64,000 nucleotides of DNA from NCBI GenBank assembly GCA_020184695.1, contig JAANOX010000278.1, positions 455,562-519,561 on the forward strand. Direction: 5' to 3'. A program made the translations under genes and the position numbers. The first letter of the stretch is position 1, and every line of letters begins with the position of its first letter. Of the stretch, positions 31,929 to 43,514 are shown piece after piece. The notes beneath the pieces were generated by a model. That model searched no databases, was not told the origin of the DNA, and worked only from the letters and a program-made list of their open reading frames with translations. Origin of the DNA: Histomonas meleagridis 2922-C6/04-290x (lineage: Eukaryota; Protista; Parabasalia).

Positions 31929-33821
31929 ATGAACTCGGACGACATTCTCCAGCGCCAGCTCCAAATGATCGGCTACAAAAAGGCCTCTTCAATTCAGAGC
32001 TTCGGTGACATTACTTCGGACCAATTTATTGATATAATTCTTTACATTTTCAACCAAATTCCTCAAACGGCAAATCAGCTTTCTGCTCCACCCAAATCAC
32101 ACTCCGCTTTGTTCAAGTACACCACTCAAATGGTTAGTTTGATGAGCTCTCTTGGATACTATGGCGATTTACGATACGACAATTTCATGTATCCAAAGGC
32201 AGACAAAACTTATGATGTCCTTCGTTTCCTTCTTGAGAAGGTACCACGATCGGAGTCAGTCGCGACAAAGACGACAACCTCAGTCACTCCACTTTCCTTG
32301 TCGATATCCTCTGCAATTTCCACCTTCTCCGAAGCCCAAAAGCAGAAGAACAATCGCGAGCCAATCGCTCAGCCACTTCCCCTTCTTAATTCCTCTCTCC
32401 CAGAGCAAACTAAGTCGTCCATAAAATCAATTCTCAAACAGCCAAAGATCCCATTCATCGCCGTCCCAATCCTCAGCAACTCCATTCCGTTCAACAAACA
32501 ATGCGGCCCCAACTCCTTTGCGTCACTTCTTTCCCGCAACGATAGAGAAAGTGACATCGACACTTTTGTTCTCCCTGAGGCCGATGAAGAAATCGCAACC
32601 AAACAGACCTCCACAAAGTCGCTACAAAAAGTCGCCAAACGTGCGTTTGCGACTTCACTCTCATCGACGGAAGACGTTTCCATATCGGCGCAGCCAACGT
32701 CGACGGCGCCATCGGCCAAAATCAAATCGCGACTTGAGAACATCGCACGTTTTGAGTTCGGTATCTCCGACACTAAAATCGGCGCATCTGTAGTTGTGCC
32801 AACTGTCGCAGCATCGTCACTCGTCAGTCGTGAAGCGGAAATACAACAAACAGAAGAAGTGCAACAGATAAAAGATGTGTCTAAAGAGCCGAAGTTAACA
32901 ATGGAACAAGTGCGCTCGATAAAAGCTGAGCAACATGAAGAACTCCAAAGTACAGTTGAATTACTTCAAGCGACAGAACAAAAAGTTGCGGAAATCGAAG
33001 ACCAACTTGAGGCCGAACGTGAAGAACTTAACACAATAACAGTGGATCTTCAGTCATTGATTAATGAGAATGAGAAACTTGAAGCTGAAGCTGAGCGAGT
33101 TAAAAACGTTGCAACTGTATCGACATCAGATTCGACACAAATCAAACAATTGAAACGTGATCTAATCGATAGTACATCCGAAATTTTGGATATCGCGAAC
33201 CAATGGGAACCAAAGAGGAAGCAATTAATCGCTGAGTATAGAGAATTGACGTCGTTCTTGAAGAGGAGAAAAGAAGATCGTCAATTACAAATGGCGAAAC
33301 TTGCGAAGTTAAAGAGACAATTACAAGAAGGTGAAGAAAAAATGCAAAGTTTCGACGTGTCTATTAATGAGCTTAAGAATGCATTGGAAGCAAGAGGTGA
33401 ACAAATGCCTAGACATCATTACGTTGAAATGATATTCGATATGATTAAGAAGATATCGAAGCAAGAAGCTGAGGTCGAAAAAATGAGAGTCGATTATATC
33501 GCTGAAAATCAAAGAATGAATCAAACAGTGGAGACCGTTAAGAGAACATGGATGTTATTGGACGAAACAATTTATTCGGAAGCTAAGAAGAAGAAAGAAG
33601 AATGGATGAATAAGTCGTATAGAATGGTGGTGGAATTGTTGACTATATTGGAAAATACATCAGAAAATGTAGAGTTGTCAGGTAAATTAAGTGCACAAGC
33701 AATGGAATTGGAATCGAAGATCGATAAAATTAAACAACAAAACGATCCAAAGGCATTGAAGAGAATATTGAAGGATTTGGAAGAGGTAAAAGAAGAAATT
33801 AAAGAACTCGAAAGCAGATAA
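31929..33821 (+). CDS. CCDC22: Coiled-coil domain-containing protein 22 (CCC/Commander subunit, DUF812)
   Basis: N-terminal CH-like domain (LGYYGDLRYDNFMYP, YDVLRFLLEKVPR) plus C-terminal coiled coil with QWEPKRKQLIAEYR, RHHYVEMIFDMIKKISKQ. ATG at 31929. Confidence 0.85.
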   Translation: MNSDDILQRQLQMIGYKKASSIQSFGDITSDQFIDIILYIFNQIPQTANQLSAPPKSHSALFKYTTQMVSLMSSLGYYGDLRYDNFMYPKADKTYDVLRFLLEKVPRSESVATKTTTSVTPLSLSISSAISTFSEAQKQKNNREPIAQPLPLLNSSLPEQTKSSIKSILKQPKIPFIAVPILSNSIPFNKQCGPNSFASLLSRNDRESDIDTFVLPEADEEIATKQTSTKSLQKVAKRAFATSLSSTEDVSISAQPTSTAPSAKIKSRLENIARFEFGISDTKIGASVVVPTVAASSLVSREAEIQQTEEVQQIKDVSKEPKLTMEQVRSIKAEQHEELQSTVELLQATEQKVAEIEDQLEAEREELNTITVDLQSLINENEKLEAEAERVKNVATVSTSDSTQIKQLKRDLIDSTSEILDIANQWEPKRKQLIAEYRELTSFLKRRKEDRQLQMAKLAKLKRQLQEGEEKMQSFDVSINELKNALEARGEQMPRHHYVEMIFDMIKKISKQEAEVEKMRVDYIAENQRMNQTVETVKRTWMLLDETIYSEAKKKKEEWMNKSYRMVVELLTILENTSENVELSGKLSAQAMELESKIDKIKQQNDPKALKRILKDLEEVKEEIKELESR

Positions 33822-34369
33822 GTAAAAGGCCAATTAACTTGATGTGGTTTTGATGCACTATTGAAATTTCGAATGTAAAGCTTTGAAAATTAGCTTTGGA
33901 AAGAAGAAAAAAAACAGCGATAAAATATTTGGATATAAACAAAAGGAGCTGCGAAAGAAGTTTTTGATTATAAGCATTACAATAAAATATAGACTACAGA
34001 AAAAACATGTATGCCGACACCTTAATATAACCTAAGCCTACACTGTAGCATTATTCATAGATAACATACTTAGTAATATTTATTTACTAAAAATTTTTTC
34101 GATTTAATTATGTAAATTTCGAGATATTCCTATTTTTAACTCACTTCACTAAGGAGAAGGTTAACACAAAAAATTTTTTTTTCGTTTTTCTTTACATATT
34201 TTAATTAATTCATATTTTTGGGACTGAGTATACTTAATAGATATTAAAATTTCAATTTGCCAAAAAACTTTATAAATATTTATGATTTATCTAAAATTAT
34301 GTTGTTTGTTTAAAGTTTTTTCGCAATCTATTTATGATTAACTTTATTACAAAAAGATTTTCTCAATAT

Positions 34370-35488
34370 TTATTGACACATGCGGTGCACTATTTGTGTA
34401 CCTTCTTCATCGTATTCATCACGTGTGATAACGCATTGTGGGAACCAATTGAGTGATGCAAAGATAGAGCCGCCTATCCAAACTCCATACCTAAGTTCTG
34501 GTGGAGCAATGACTTTAATACACATTGATGGTGGAGCAATGTTTACTATTTCCTTATACATTCGTTCTGGAAAACCTTTTAACGCTGTGTTTCCTCCTGA
34601 CACAACAATATTTTGGTAAAAGCTCTTTTGTTCCTCTATTTTAAATGAATTAATTGAATCATAAAAGATTCGATGAATTCCTTTCTCTTCGAATCCATTT
34701 AACATTGGTTTAAAAAGAAGTTCTCCACATTTAAATCGTTCTTCACTAATATTTATGATGTCTTTATTTGGGAGTGTATATTTTATTTCACGAATAGATG
34801 AAGTCGAAAATTTATATCTTTCTTCATCATAATCAATTGCAACATAAGAATGTTTTTCTTTAATGTCGCGAATAATGTCCTTTTCTGCATTTGAAATAAA
34901 AGTATTTTCATGTTCATTAATAAGTATTTGGAGATAATCTGTGATACTTTCACCAGCAAGATTTGTTTTTCGAGCTTCAGTTTTTCTACATTTGAATTCA
35001 TAAATTGGAAGAATTTGTGAAACACCTCCCCCAGATTCAAGAACAATTCCTGTTTTAGTTCCTGATGCAAGTAATGGAAGATATGGTTGATAAGCAACAT
35101 AAAAAGCTGGAACATTAAATGTCTCAAATTGAATCTGAATCATTTTTTCCCGATTAGATTTCGGATTTAATATTGCATCTGTAAGGAGAACTGGATGTTC
35201 GGTTACATCTACTTTTAATTTGTTATTATATAGATAGCTCCATATTTTTTCCATATTATCCCAATTTCTAATCACCCCATGTTCTATTGGATAATTTAAA
35301 ATATATTTACTTATGTCAGATATAACTTCATCACCAATGTATATATCTTTAGATGATGAATTCATTTTTGAATGGCCGATAATTGATGGAATAATTGTAC
35401 AAGGCGATTCTTCACCAGCATAACCTGCTGCACACATGCTTGATCCATTATCAATGACTAACACTTGAATTTCACAATCAAAACTCAT
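34370..35488 (-). CDS. Divergent actin / actin-related protein
   Basis: IDNGSSMCAAGYAGE, YPIEHGVI.NWDNMEKIW, EHPVLLTDA.LNPK.NREKM, ETFNVPAFYV, IVVSGGNT, VWIGGSI. ATG at 35488. Confidence 0.93.
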   Translation of the reverse strand: MSFDCEIQVLVIDNGSSMCAAGYAGEESPCTIIPSIIGHSKMNSSSKDIYIGDEVISDISKYILNYPIEHGVIRNWDNMEKIWSYLYNNKLKVDVTEHPVLLTDAILNPKSNREKMIQIQFETFNVPAFYVAYQPYLPLLASGTKTGIVLESGGGVSQILPIYEFKCRKTEARKTNLAGESITDYLQILINEHENTFISNAEKDIIRDIKEKHSYVAIDYDEERYKFSTSSIREIKYTLPNKDIINISEERFKCGELLFKPMLNGFEEKGIHRIFYDSINSFKIEEQKSFYQNIVVSGGNTALKGFPERMYKEIVNIAPPSMCIKVIAPPELRYGVWIGGSIFASLNWFPQCVITRDEYDEEGTQIVHRMCQ

Positions 35489-35849
35489 CAAATGTCAAAA
35501 AAGAGGAAGAAAGTGAACACAATTTTGGCATTTTTTGACCATATTCAAATAAATTATACAGTAAAGTATTTAAACAACAACTGTTATTTCCTAAAAACGA
35601 TTAACTCATTTTATTGCTGATAATTATTTTAATACTTTATCACAAATTTTTTGCAGTGATATAAATAATTTATGAATAAGAAAGTTATGGATAAATTAAT
35701 CTCAGGAAGAATATGATATAAACATTTTCTCATTGAGTCAAAAAAATGGTGAAACTTGCAAAGTTAAAGAGATTTTCAAGATGTTAATATTTATTATTAA
35801 AAAAAGAAAATAGTTTTAAATATCAAAGCTTATTTTATATTAAACAAAA

Positions 35850-36730
35850 TTACATTTGCACGACAAATATGTCTTCTTTGAAATCAGCAAAAGGGTCTTC
35901 TTCAATTGTCGGTATAGAAATTCCTGTTAAAAATGTATTTGTAGTTTCTTTTTCGTTGACATTTTCTTCTGAACTTTCGTTTATAATATTTTCTGCTTTT
36001 TTGTTTCGAATTCGAATCAATAATATGACGAGTAGTGTCAAAATAATCATAACTATAATAACAACACAAACAATAATAATAATTGTTGTTAGATTATCAT
36101 TACTTAGGAATTAATTTATATTTATATATGTATAAAAATTTGAATAATAATTATAATATGTTGAATAAATAACAATTGTGTAATCATAGTAAATAAATTT
36201 AGTTTCAATATATGAAAACATTGAATTACGTAAAAATAATGAAAATGATTTGATTTGAGTTTCATAAAATGTTAATTTATGTGTAATTAAAATGGTGAAT
36301 GTATAAGAAAATGATAAAGTTAAATAACTTTGAAGTGATTTCACAAATGTATTCAAATTGGTGAATGCACTTGATTTATGTGTTTGATTGTGTGTATGTG
36401 TTTGATTTAATGAATGAGTTTGATTATGTATATGTACTTGATCTAGTGAAAGTATTTGATTGTGTGTATGTACTTGATTTAATGAATGAGTTTGATTGTG
36501 CATATTTATTTGAACTTGAAAATGATTGAGTAAATAACAGTTTACATTCACTGTAAATGGACCAAATCTTGTATCTTCATATGTTGGATATGTAAGAACT
36601 GTTGCATTAACTGAAAAAAATGCACTTTCTCCAATCGATAGTTGTGAAATACCGTAATAATAAATATATTTAAGATTATTATGCGAAAATGCACTTGTTG
36701 CAATCGCTGATAATATCTTTACCCAATTAA
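35850..36730 (-). pseudogene. 3' half of a BspA-like surface protein gene (last LRR, Ser/Thr stalk, TM, acidic tail), disrupted
   Basis: Reads LSAIATSAFSHNNLKYIYYYG...FGPFTVN, then an FTxSxx-type stalk with a frameshift and TAA stops, a TAA at 36111-36113, then in frame a TM (IIIIVCVVIIVMIILTLLVILL) and an EEDPFADF tail. No start codon. Confidence 0.75.
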
Positions 36731-37703
36731 AGTGGAAACTAAAGAAGGATTAACTTCAATTGGTTATGCATTTAGTGGTTGTTATAGTTTAAAGTCAATC
36801 ATATTACCTAATTCTCTTCTTAACATTGGCTCATATGCATTATATTCGACTTCATTACAAAATATTACATTAGGAAATAAAATAAATATTATCAATAGTT
36901 ATACGTTTTCAAAATGCACATCATTAGAAAATATTATAAATGGAAATAATATAAGCAAAATTGGTTCATGTTCATTTTATGATTGTAAATCATTATTAAA
37001 TATTCCGTTTGATAATAATTTAATTAAAATTGGTTCAAGTTCATTTGATAATTGTATATCATTTCAAACAATTAGACTTGGAAATAATTTAAAACAAATT
37101 GGTTCATATGCATTTTATAATTGTACTTCATTACAAACCATTACATTTCCTGGTTCACTTCGTTATATTCATGAAGGTAGTTTTGAATATTGTACTTCAT
37201 TAGTTACAATAATCTTTGAATCTAATATAACCGGGGTTGGAGCGTATGCATTTTATGAATGCACATCATTAAATTGTATTTATTATCACAGTGATAAATA
37301 CGTCGATGTAGATTCCTATGCTTTTAGTGGTGTAAAAACAGAGTGTGTGTATGTTGATAAGTCGTATCCTTATGAAAAATTTGGAGGTCTCGAAGTTAAA
37401 AAAGGATTTCCTAAATGCACTGCATCGACGATTAATCGTGATCTATCTGGAATACTTATACCAACACTTTGTTCTATAATACCTTTTTTTGTTGTAGGAA
37501 CGACATTTGTTGTTTTTATACTCATTCGTCGTAAACTATTAAGTGTTCAACCGGATGATAATTCTCAATTAAAACAGTCATTAATTATCGAAGAAGAACT
37601 ACTGGGAAATGAAGAATTAGAACCAAAAGTTCAGTTAGAAAACGAAGAAAAACAAGTGAATTCAAGTGAATGTCAAAAAGAATCATTAGAAGATTATACT
37701 TGA
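36729..37703 (+). pseudogene. 5'-truncated BspA-like (TpLRR) surface protein with TM and cytoplasmic tail
   Basis: Repeats LxxIxLxxxLxxIGxxAFxxC; TM ILIPTLCSIIPFFVVGTTFVVFILI. Frame closed by TAA at 36711-36713 with no ATG before the repeats. Confidence 0.75.
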
Positions 37704-38652
37704 TTTGATAACCCTTACAATGATGTTGGTAATGATTTCATTTAGTTTGATGTAATTTTATAAATGCACTTTTTTAATAAAAATTATTTTTATTTTTTCA
37801 TATCTATTTTTAAGTATAAGAAGTGACTTAGAAGTGAATTTAATTATTGAGATAAATAAATATAAAACATTGCGTTTTGAATTCAAAAATTATAGATTTT
37901 AATAATTATATTTAATTTTGAAAAACTCTATAAAATCAAAGTTGATCCGTAATAAAATTCATTAGATGTTATCTACATTTGATTCACTAATGAACCTTTT
38001 CTGTCAAAGCGATACATAGTTTTTCCATTCCTCTTTTTTTTTAATCCGAATACAAAAAAAAATATACATAACACTTCATTGTGGTTTATTTATGTGGTAG
38101 ATTTTAACCAAGATGAGAATGAAATTCATTTCTAGATATCTTTTTTGGGTAACAAATTCTTCTCATGAGATTTTCGCATTAACTTTGATGATGGAAAGCA
38201 TTAGATAATCAGAAAAAAATAGAAAAATTTTTAATACCACAAAATTTAATGAATTTTTTATCCAAGTTTTAACCACTCTATTGTATTTTTTTATTGTGAT
38301 GTATTTATGCTATTGGTATTTACCAGTAATAAACATTTTTTTTTTTTTGGAAATAACATTTGGAAATAATTAAAGTTATTTTTGTCAGCGCTTATGTATG
38401 CATCCGAAAATATATTGATATTCATGCTAAAGATATTTTTTTCTTGTATTTAAAATCAATTTTTATGATATAATATTTTATAATAATATACTCTCACAAA
38501 AACATTTTTTTTGTAATTATAATATTTGATTGGCTTTTTTTAGCTCCAAAATATTTCATTAATATTTTAATAAGCCTTTTTCATCATGTTTTATTTTTAT
38601 CTCACCAATTGAGAACATAACCGAAAATTTGATTCAATTCCCATCCTTCAAA

Positions 38653-41600
38653 ATGACAAATCTCTCCAACAAGACAAAGATTCTCAAAACATTATTTAAG
38701 GAAGTTATAGAACACAGCAAGTGCGCATTGATCTGTTCTAAGCAGCTTGAAGCTATTCTTCCATCCATAATCACATATCGAGATAAGTTATTAAATTCAA
38801 ATCTTAAAATCAGTGGTTTATCATCAAATTTAGTAACTATGCACATCGAAACTATAACCACAATACTCTCTAATTTTGATTTACTTCTTCAACTCTGTTC
38901 AAAAAATTCATGGCCGAAACTATCTCTTTCGCTCTCAATTTCAACGCCTTTCAACGAGATAAAAGATATTACACAACGACTTGAAGAAGAGTTTAAGCAA
39001 TTACAACTTGGAACAACACCAATAACAATTCCGAAAGCCGCTATTGAGCAAGACCTCAAATATGTGTTTGATGTTTACAGTGCATCCGAATCCAAAACAC
39101 CGAAAGCCAAAGATCAGCTGAATCTTGTCAAAAATTTATATTCAGCATATGATATCAATGTTCCATCTTCACCATCCAAAGTTGATGACATTGTTTCACA
39201 AGCGGGAAATTGGGAAATCAATTTAAATCAAATTTCGGATGACCTTCAAATCATTCTTGGATCCTCCCAATCTTCATTGTCGAAAACTACAATTGTCGGC
39301 AAGAAAGACGAAATATTCCTTCTCAGGATCGTTGCCAGAAATCAGCATGTACTTGACCGAGCGCAACGTGAGCTCATGTTGTTATCGACATTGAAGCATA
39401 AGAATATTGCAAATTTTGTAGGAGGCTCCATCAAAAACGGCATTACGTGCGCGTTCAAATATGGCAGCAACTCCATTTTATCCAATTTACTTCGTCAAGT
39501 TGATGGTGCGTCACCATTAGAATTAACGAAAATTGCGTATGGAATTGCATGTGGCATGAACTACTTACATAGCAACAAGATCTTACATCGTAACCTTAAC
39601 TCCAATGCTGTTATTCTTGAGAAAAAGAACAAACCATTATTATGGAATTTTGGTATTTCATCCCAACTAACAAACCCAACGATAATGCCACCAGAGTATC
39701 TTGAGTCCGGTGTTTACACACGTAAATCCGATGTATATCAATTTGGTTTGTTATTATGGGAAATTGGTACCCATATGAGACCGTTTGGGATGGACTCGTC
39801 AGAAACCGTTAAAATTAACGTCATCCAGAAACATTTGAGGCCCCCCATCAATGACACTTTTACTCCGCATATGAAACAATTAATTGAAGATTGCTGGGCA
39901 CAGAACCCTAAGGACAGGCCGACTTTCCCACAAATTCTTCGACGTTTTGAGACAGGCAACATCTACTTTTTGAATTCTTCCACACAAAACGTGTCAAAAT
40001 ATTTCAAGAAGATTCGAAGTGATTTGTGGAAACCAGAGAAAGTCACTGATGCTAAACTTAAAGACTTTGTTACTGCGTATTCAGTTAAAGGGAAAGGCGC
40101 AATTAAAACTAAAGCGATTACTGAATTTGTTGATAAGTCAGATAAAGAGACTTTAATTAAAGCCATTTCACATGGCATCGTTAACAAGATGAAAATACTT
40201 GTTAACAAAGCTGAGAAGAAACAAACTATCATTAATACATTATGTAAATTATTGTCACATTCAGAAGTCGGCAAATATGCAATTAAAAGTTTCATCTTTT
40301 CCGATGGTGTCAAATGTATCATTAATTTAATCAATGATAAGAACAACAAAGAATATGGATACAAAATCATTACGACAATTGGAAATAATTTGTCATCGAC
40401 TTCTGCATGTCAATTATTACCTTATGTATTAAAAGATAATAACTTAAATGTGTGTAAATCATTGGTGATATTGGGCGGTAAGGAATCGGCAAAAATATTG
40501 AACGAAAACATCGAAACTTTAACAGACGCATTAAAAGATCAAAAGATGAAAGAAGACGCTTCGTTCCTAATACAGTTTTATCTTGAAAATGTATCAGCTC
40601 AAGAATATGTTAAAAGAATTACTGTCCTCGATGCAATATCGATTGGAGATTTAATATTATTGAAACGTTTGATGATGTATAATGAATTTATCGAAACATT
40701 TTCAAATGATCAAATTATATCTTTATGTCAATTAATTGTAAATGGTGGAAATGAACAAAAACAATGCGCTTTGTTATTTGCATTAAGTTTAGGTCCGGAA
40801 TTTTATCAAGTTATTTCACAATTCCCGAATTTCATTAATTCGATTTTAGATATTAATAACATTGAATTAGTTAGTCGATTCATTGTAAGAGTTACACGTT
40901 TCCCTCAATCGTGTGAATATTTGTTAACGAATAAGTCCAACATATTCGAAAAGAACTTTAATAATTCTTGGTATATAATCGCTTTAAGTCGAATTGCTTC
41001 TTATTACCCAACCGCCGTATCGTCACTATCGTTTGTCAAAAATAAAATCAAAGAAAACTTGAATGACATGAAAAATATTGAAGCAACTGTTCGATTATTA
41101 GGTACACTTTCTAGATGTAATAATTTTTGGCAAGATAATGAACTAATTAAATTATTATTTAAGATATTAGAATCAGGTATTATTACAACATTAGAGAAAA
41201 TATTAATTTTAAGTGTTATATCAAATGTAACTGATTTCATATCTATTGGAGATGAATACTTCTTACAGTTATTGTCAATTGCTGAAAATGATGGTAATAT
41301 TTCGGGTATAGCTTTAAAGGTTATATCTACAATCGAATTACCAAATAAGCCTTCAAGAGAATTGTTGAGATTATTGATATTGTTAAAGAACGCTATCGAA
41401 AAAGGTGATGATAATGCAAAGGCTGCAAGCTCGAAAATTATCGAAAAGTTGGCATCAAACGCAAATTTAAGAGAAATGTTTCAAATCCAAAAGTTCGATC
41501 AAACAATTGTGAATGCGTCCGCTAATGAAAGTGATCCAATGACTTTTATAGCTTTGATGTCTGCACTCGATAAATTGGAAGTGACGCCGAACCCTCAAAT

Positions 41601-41706
41601 TTTGTCATTGTTCGATAATATGTTGATGAAATCATTCGGTGATCACGAGGCTTCGGAAGAATTCATGGAACTCAGGAGGAGAATGCGGCTGAAGGCGAAG
41701 TGGTAG
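38653..41706 (+). CDS. TKL-family pseudokinase with N-terminal helical bundle and C-terminal ARM/HEAT-like region
   Basis: YLHSNKILHRNLNSNAV (HRD to HRN), LWNFG (DFG to NFG), no clear VAIK lysine, MPPE, KSDVYQFGLLLWEI, CWAQNPKDRPTF. ATG at 38653. Confidence 0.85.
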   Translation: MTNLSNKTKILKTLFKEVIEHSKCALICSKQLEAILPSIITYRDKLLNSNLKISGLSSNLVTMHIETITTILSNFDLLLQLCSKNSWPKLSLSLSISTPFNEIKDITQRLEEEFKQLQLGTTPITIPKAAIEQDLKYVFDVYSASESKTPKAKDQLNLVKNLYSAYDINVPSSPSKVDDIVSQAGNWEINLNQISDDLQIILGSSQSSLSKTTIVGKKDEIFLLRIVARNQHVLDRAQRELMLLSTLKHKNIANFVGGSIKNGITCAFKYGSNSILSNLLRQVDGASPLELTKIAYGIACGMNYLHSNKILHRNLNSNAVILEKKNKPLLWNFGISSQLTNPTIMPPEYLESGVYTRKSDVYQFGLLLWEIGTHMRPFGMDSSETVKINVIQKHLRPPINDTFTPHMKQLIEDCWAQNPKDRPTFPQILRRFETGNIYFLNSSTQNVSKYFKKIRSDLWKPEKVTDAKLKDFVTAYSVKGKGAIKTKAITEFVDKSDKETLIKAISHGIVNKMKILVNKAEKKQTIINTLCKLLSHSEVGKYAIKSFIFSDGVKCIINLINDKNNKEYGYKIITTIGNNLSSTSACQLLPYVLKDNNLNVCKSLVILGGKESAKILNENIETLTDALKDQKMKEDASFLIQFYLENVSAQEYVKRITVLDAISIGDLILLKRLMMYNEFIETFSNDQIISLCQLIVNGGNEQKQCALLFALSLGPEFYQVISQFPNFINSILDINNIELVSRFIVRVTRFPQSCEYLLTNKSNIFEKNFNNSWYIIALSRIASYYPTAVSSLSFVKNKIKENLNDMKNIEATVRLLGTLSRCNNFWQDNELIKLLFKILESGIITTLEKILILSVISNVTDFISIGDEYFLQLLSIAENDGNISGIALKVISTIELPNKPSRELLRLLILLKNAIEKGDDNAKAASSKIIEKLASNANLREMFQIQKFDQTIVNASANESDPMTFIALMSALDKLEVTPNPQILSLFDNMLMKSFGDHEASEEFMELRRRMRLKAKW

Positions 41707-42464
41707 TAAATGACGCGCATCAAATAATATTTGATGCGATAATTAAAAATTTTTTTGATTTTATGACTTTGATGTGATTTAATTAACACGATGTGAAGTG
41801 AATGAATTGAAAACCGAATTCAGTGAACGAATTTTGGTGTATAATGTGCGTACGAATAAGCTATGGCTGGTGTTTATAAATTTGTTGGTAATGAGAAATT
41901 AATTTGTCGCTCGAAAAAATGCATTGATAAAATTATCAAAAATCATTTGTGTAAACTTTGTTCATCATTGATAAAGAATATAAAATCATATATGCAAAAT
42001 TGATGAACACACTTAGATAAATATAAGAATAGTTATGAAGATTTGTAAAAAATTCAAAAAAGTGGTTTTATCATACCTATAATCTGATGCATCCACATTA
42101 TTCAACTGATCTCAGATCATGTAATTTTTGATTTTTCGGAAGAATATATATATATATTATAAAAGATGAATATGATTTAAAAATCATGCATTTTCAACAG
42201 TAGATAACGATAAGTTCTTAAGAGCTTTAATGAACGAATGGAAAATTTAAACCAAGTAATTGAGCAAAGTCAATTTACTAATTAAATAAAAATCATATGA
42301 AAAATCTCTTATGAAATCGGAAGGAATCAATGTTTGTTTGCCTTCTATATTAAACTTATAATTATTTTAACTTTGTTGTATTTAATTTGAGTTAAAAAAA
42401 TATATAATTATTAGAATAACTTTGTTTATTCATTTCAGATGCTAAGTTGAACGCTGTTTCTGTT

Positions 42465-43514
42465 TTATTCATATATTATTTCTTCTTCAGTATCTCTACT
42501 GCTACAACTATTTTCCAATTCTGAGCTTTTTGAATTGTCTTCATCGATTGTTATGTATTTTAATCCACAAAGACAAAATTCTTGGTAATTATGCTTTAAT
42601 AATTTTTTAAACAATTTAAATTTTTTAACTTTTTTCACAGGTAACATTCCAAAAAAATTGTATTGGTAATTTTTAAATGTGAATACTTCTGTTGTTTGTT
42701 CAAATGCTCTAGCCCCTATTGTAGGACTTTTGACACCAGTAAAAAAAACTTTCAAATTCTTAACTCTATAAAATGCATTTCTATATATTAATACTAGATT
42801 AGGTCCAAAATGTACAGTTTTGAGATTTAGACACCCTTGAAATGCATTTTTTCCAATTTCAACAATTTTTGGTAAACATAAATATGATATTCCTTTACAC
42901 CCATCAAATGCGAAAGGTGAAATTACTTTATCATCTTTTGTTGAAAAGAACATTTCAATCCTTCCAGGTGGGAAAAGCCTTAATTTCCTCCCTTTATTAT
43001 GAAGAATTCCATCATTTTTATAATTAAAAATATACCGACTTGATGCATATATATTAATTAGATTATTACATGCATAAAATGCTGAGTGGTGAATAAATTT
43101 AATCTTACTCCCGATATTTATTTCTTTGATTTTTGTAAAAGCAAATGCAAATGAATTGATTTTGTCCGCTTTCGTTAGTCCTTCAATTTGTTGTAAGTTT
43201 ATGCAAAGCTCAAAAGCTGATGGTCCAATAATAAGTGATCTTTTGCTAGCAATAAATTTTTTGAGTTTTACACAAGAATAAAAAGCTTCTTTCTCAATTA
43301 TAAAAACATTTGATTGTGACATATCAATTTCTTCAATTTCGTTCCATTGATAAAATGCGCGACTCATTACTTTTCTAACAAAAAGTGAAAATATTATTTT
43401 CTTATAATTTTCTTGCGTATACTGCTCGACATTATTTTCATTAACTTCGTATTGATAAATTGTTAATGTATTTTGTGACATTTCAAGGTTTTGTCTTCTA
43501 TCTAATAAATCCAT
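42465..43514 (-). CDS. BspA-like (TpLRR) leucine-rich repeat protein without an obvious TM
   Basis: IEKEAFYSCVKL, IGPSAFELC, IGKNAFQGCLNLKTVHFG, IGARAFE; acidic C-terminus. Likely ATG at 43514. Confidence 0.85.
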   Translation of the reverse strand: MDLLDRRQNLEMSQNTLTIYQYEVNENNVEQYTQENYKKIIFSLFVRKVMSRAFYQWNEIEEIDMSQSNVFIIEKEAFYSCVKLKKFIASKRSLIIGPSAFELCINLQQIEGLTKADKINSFAFAFTKIKEINIGSKIKFIHHSAFYACNNLINIYASSRYIFNYKNDGILHNKGRKLRLFPPGRIEMFFSTKDDKVISPFAFDGCKGISYLCLPKIVEIGKNAFQGCLNLKTVHFGPNLVLIYRNAFYRVKNLKVFFTGVKSPTIGARAFEQTTEVFTFKNYQYNFFGMLPVKKVKKFKLFKKLLKHNYQEFCLCGLKYITIDEDNSKSSELENSCSSRDTEEEIIYE

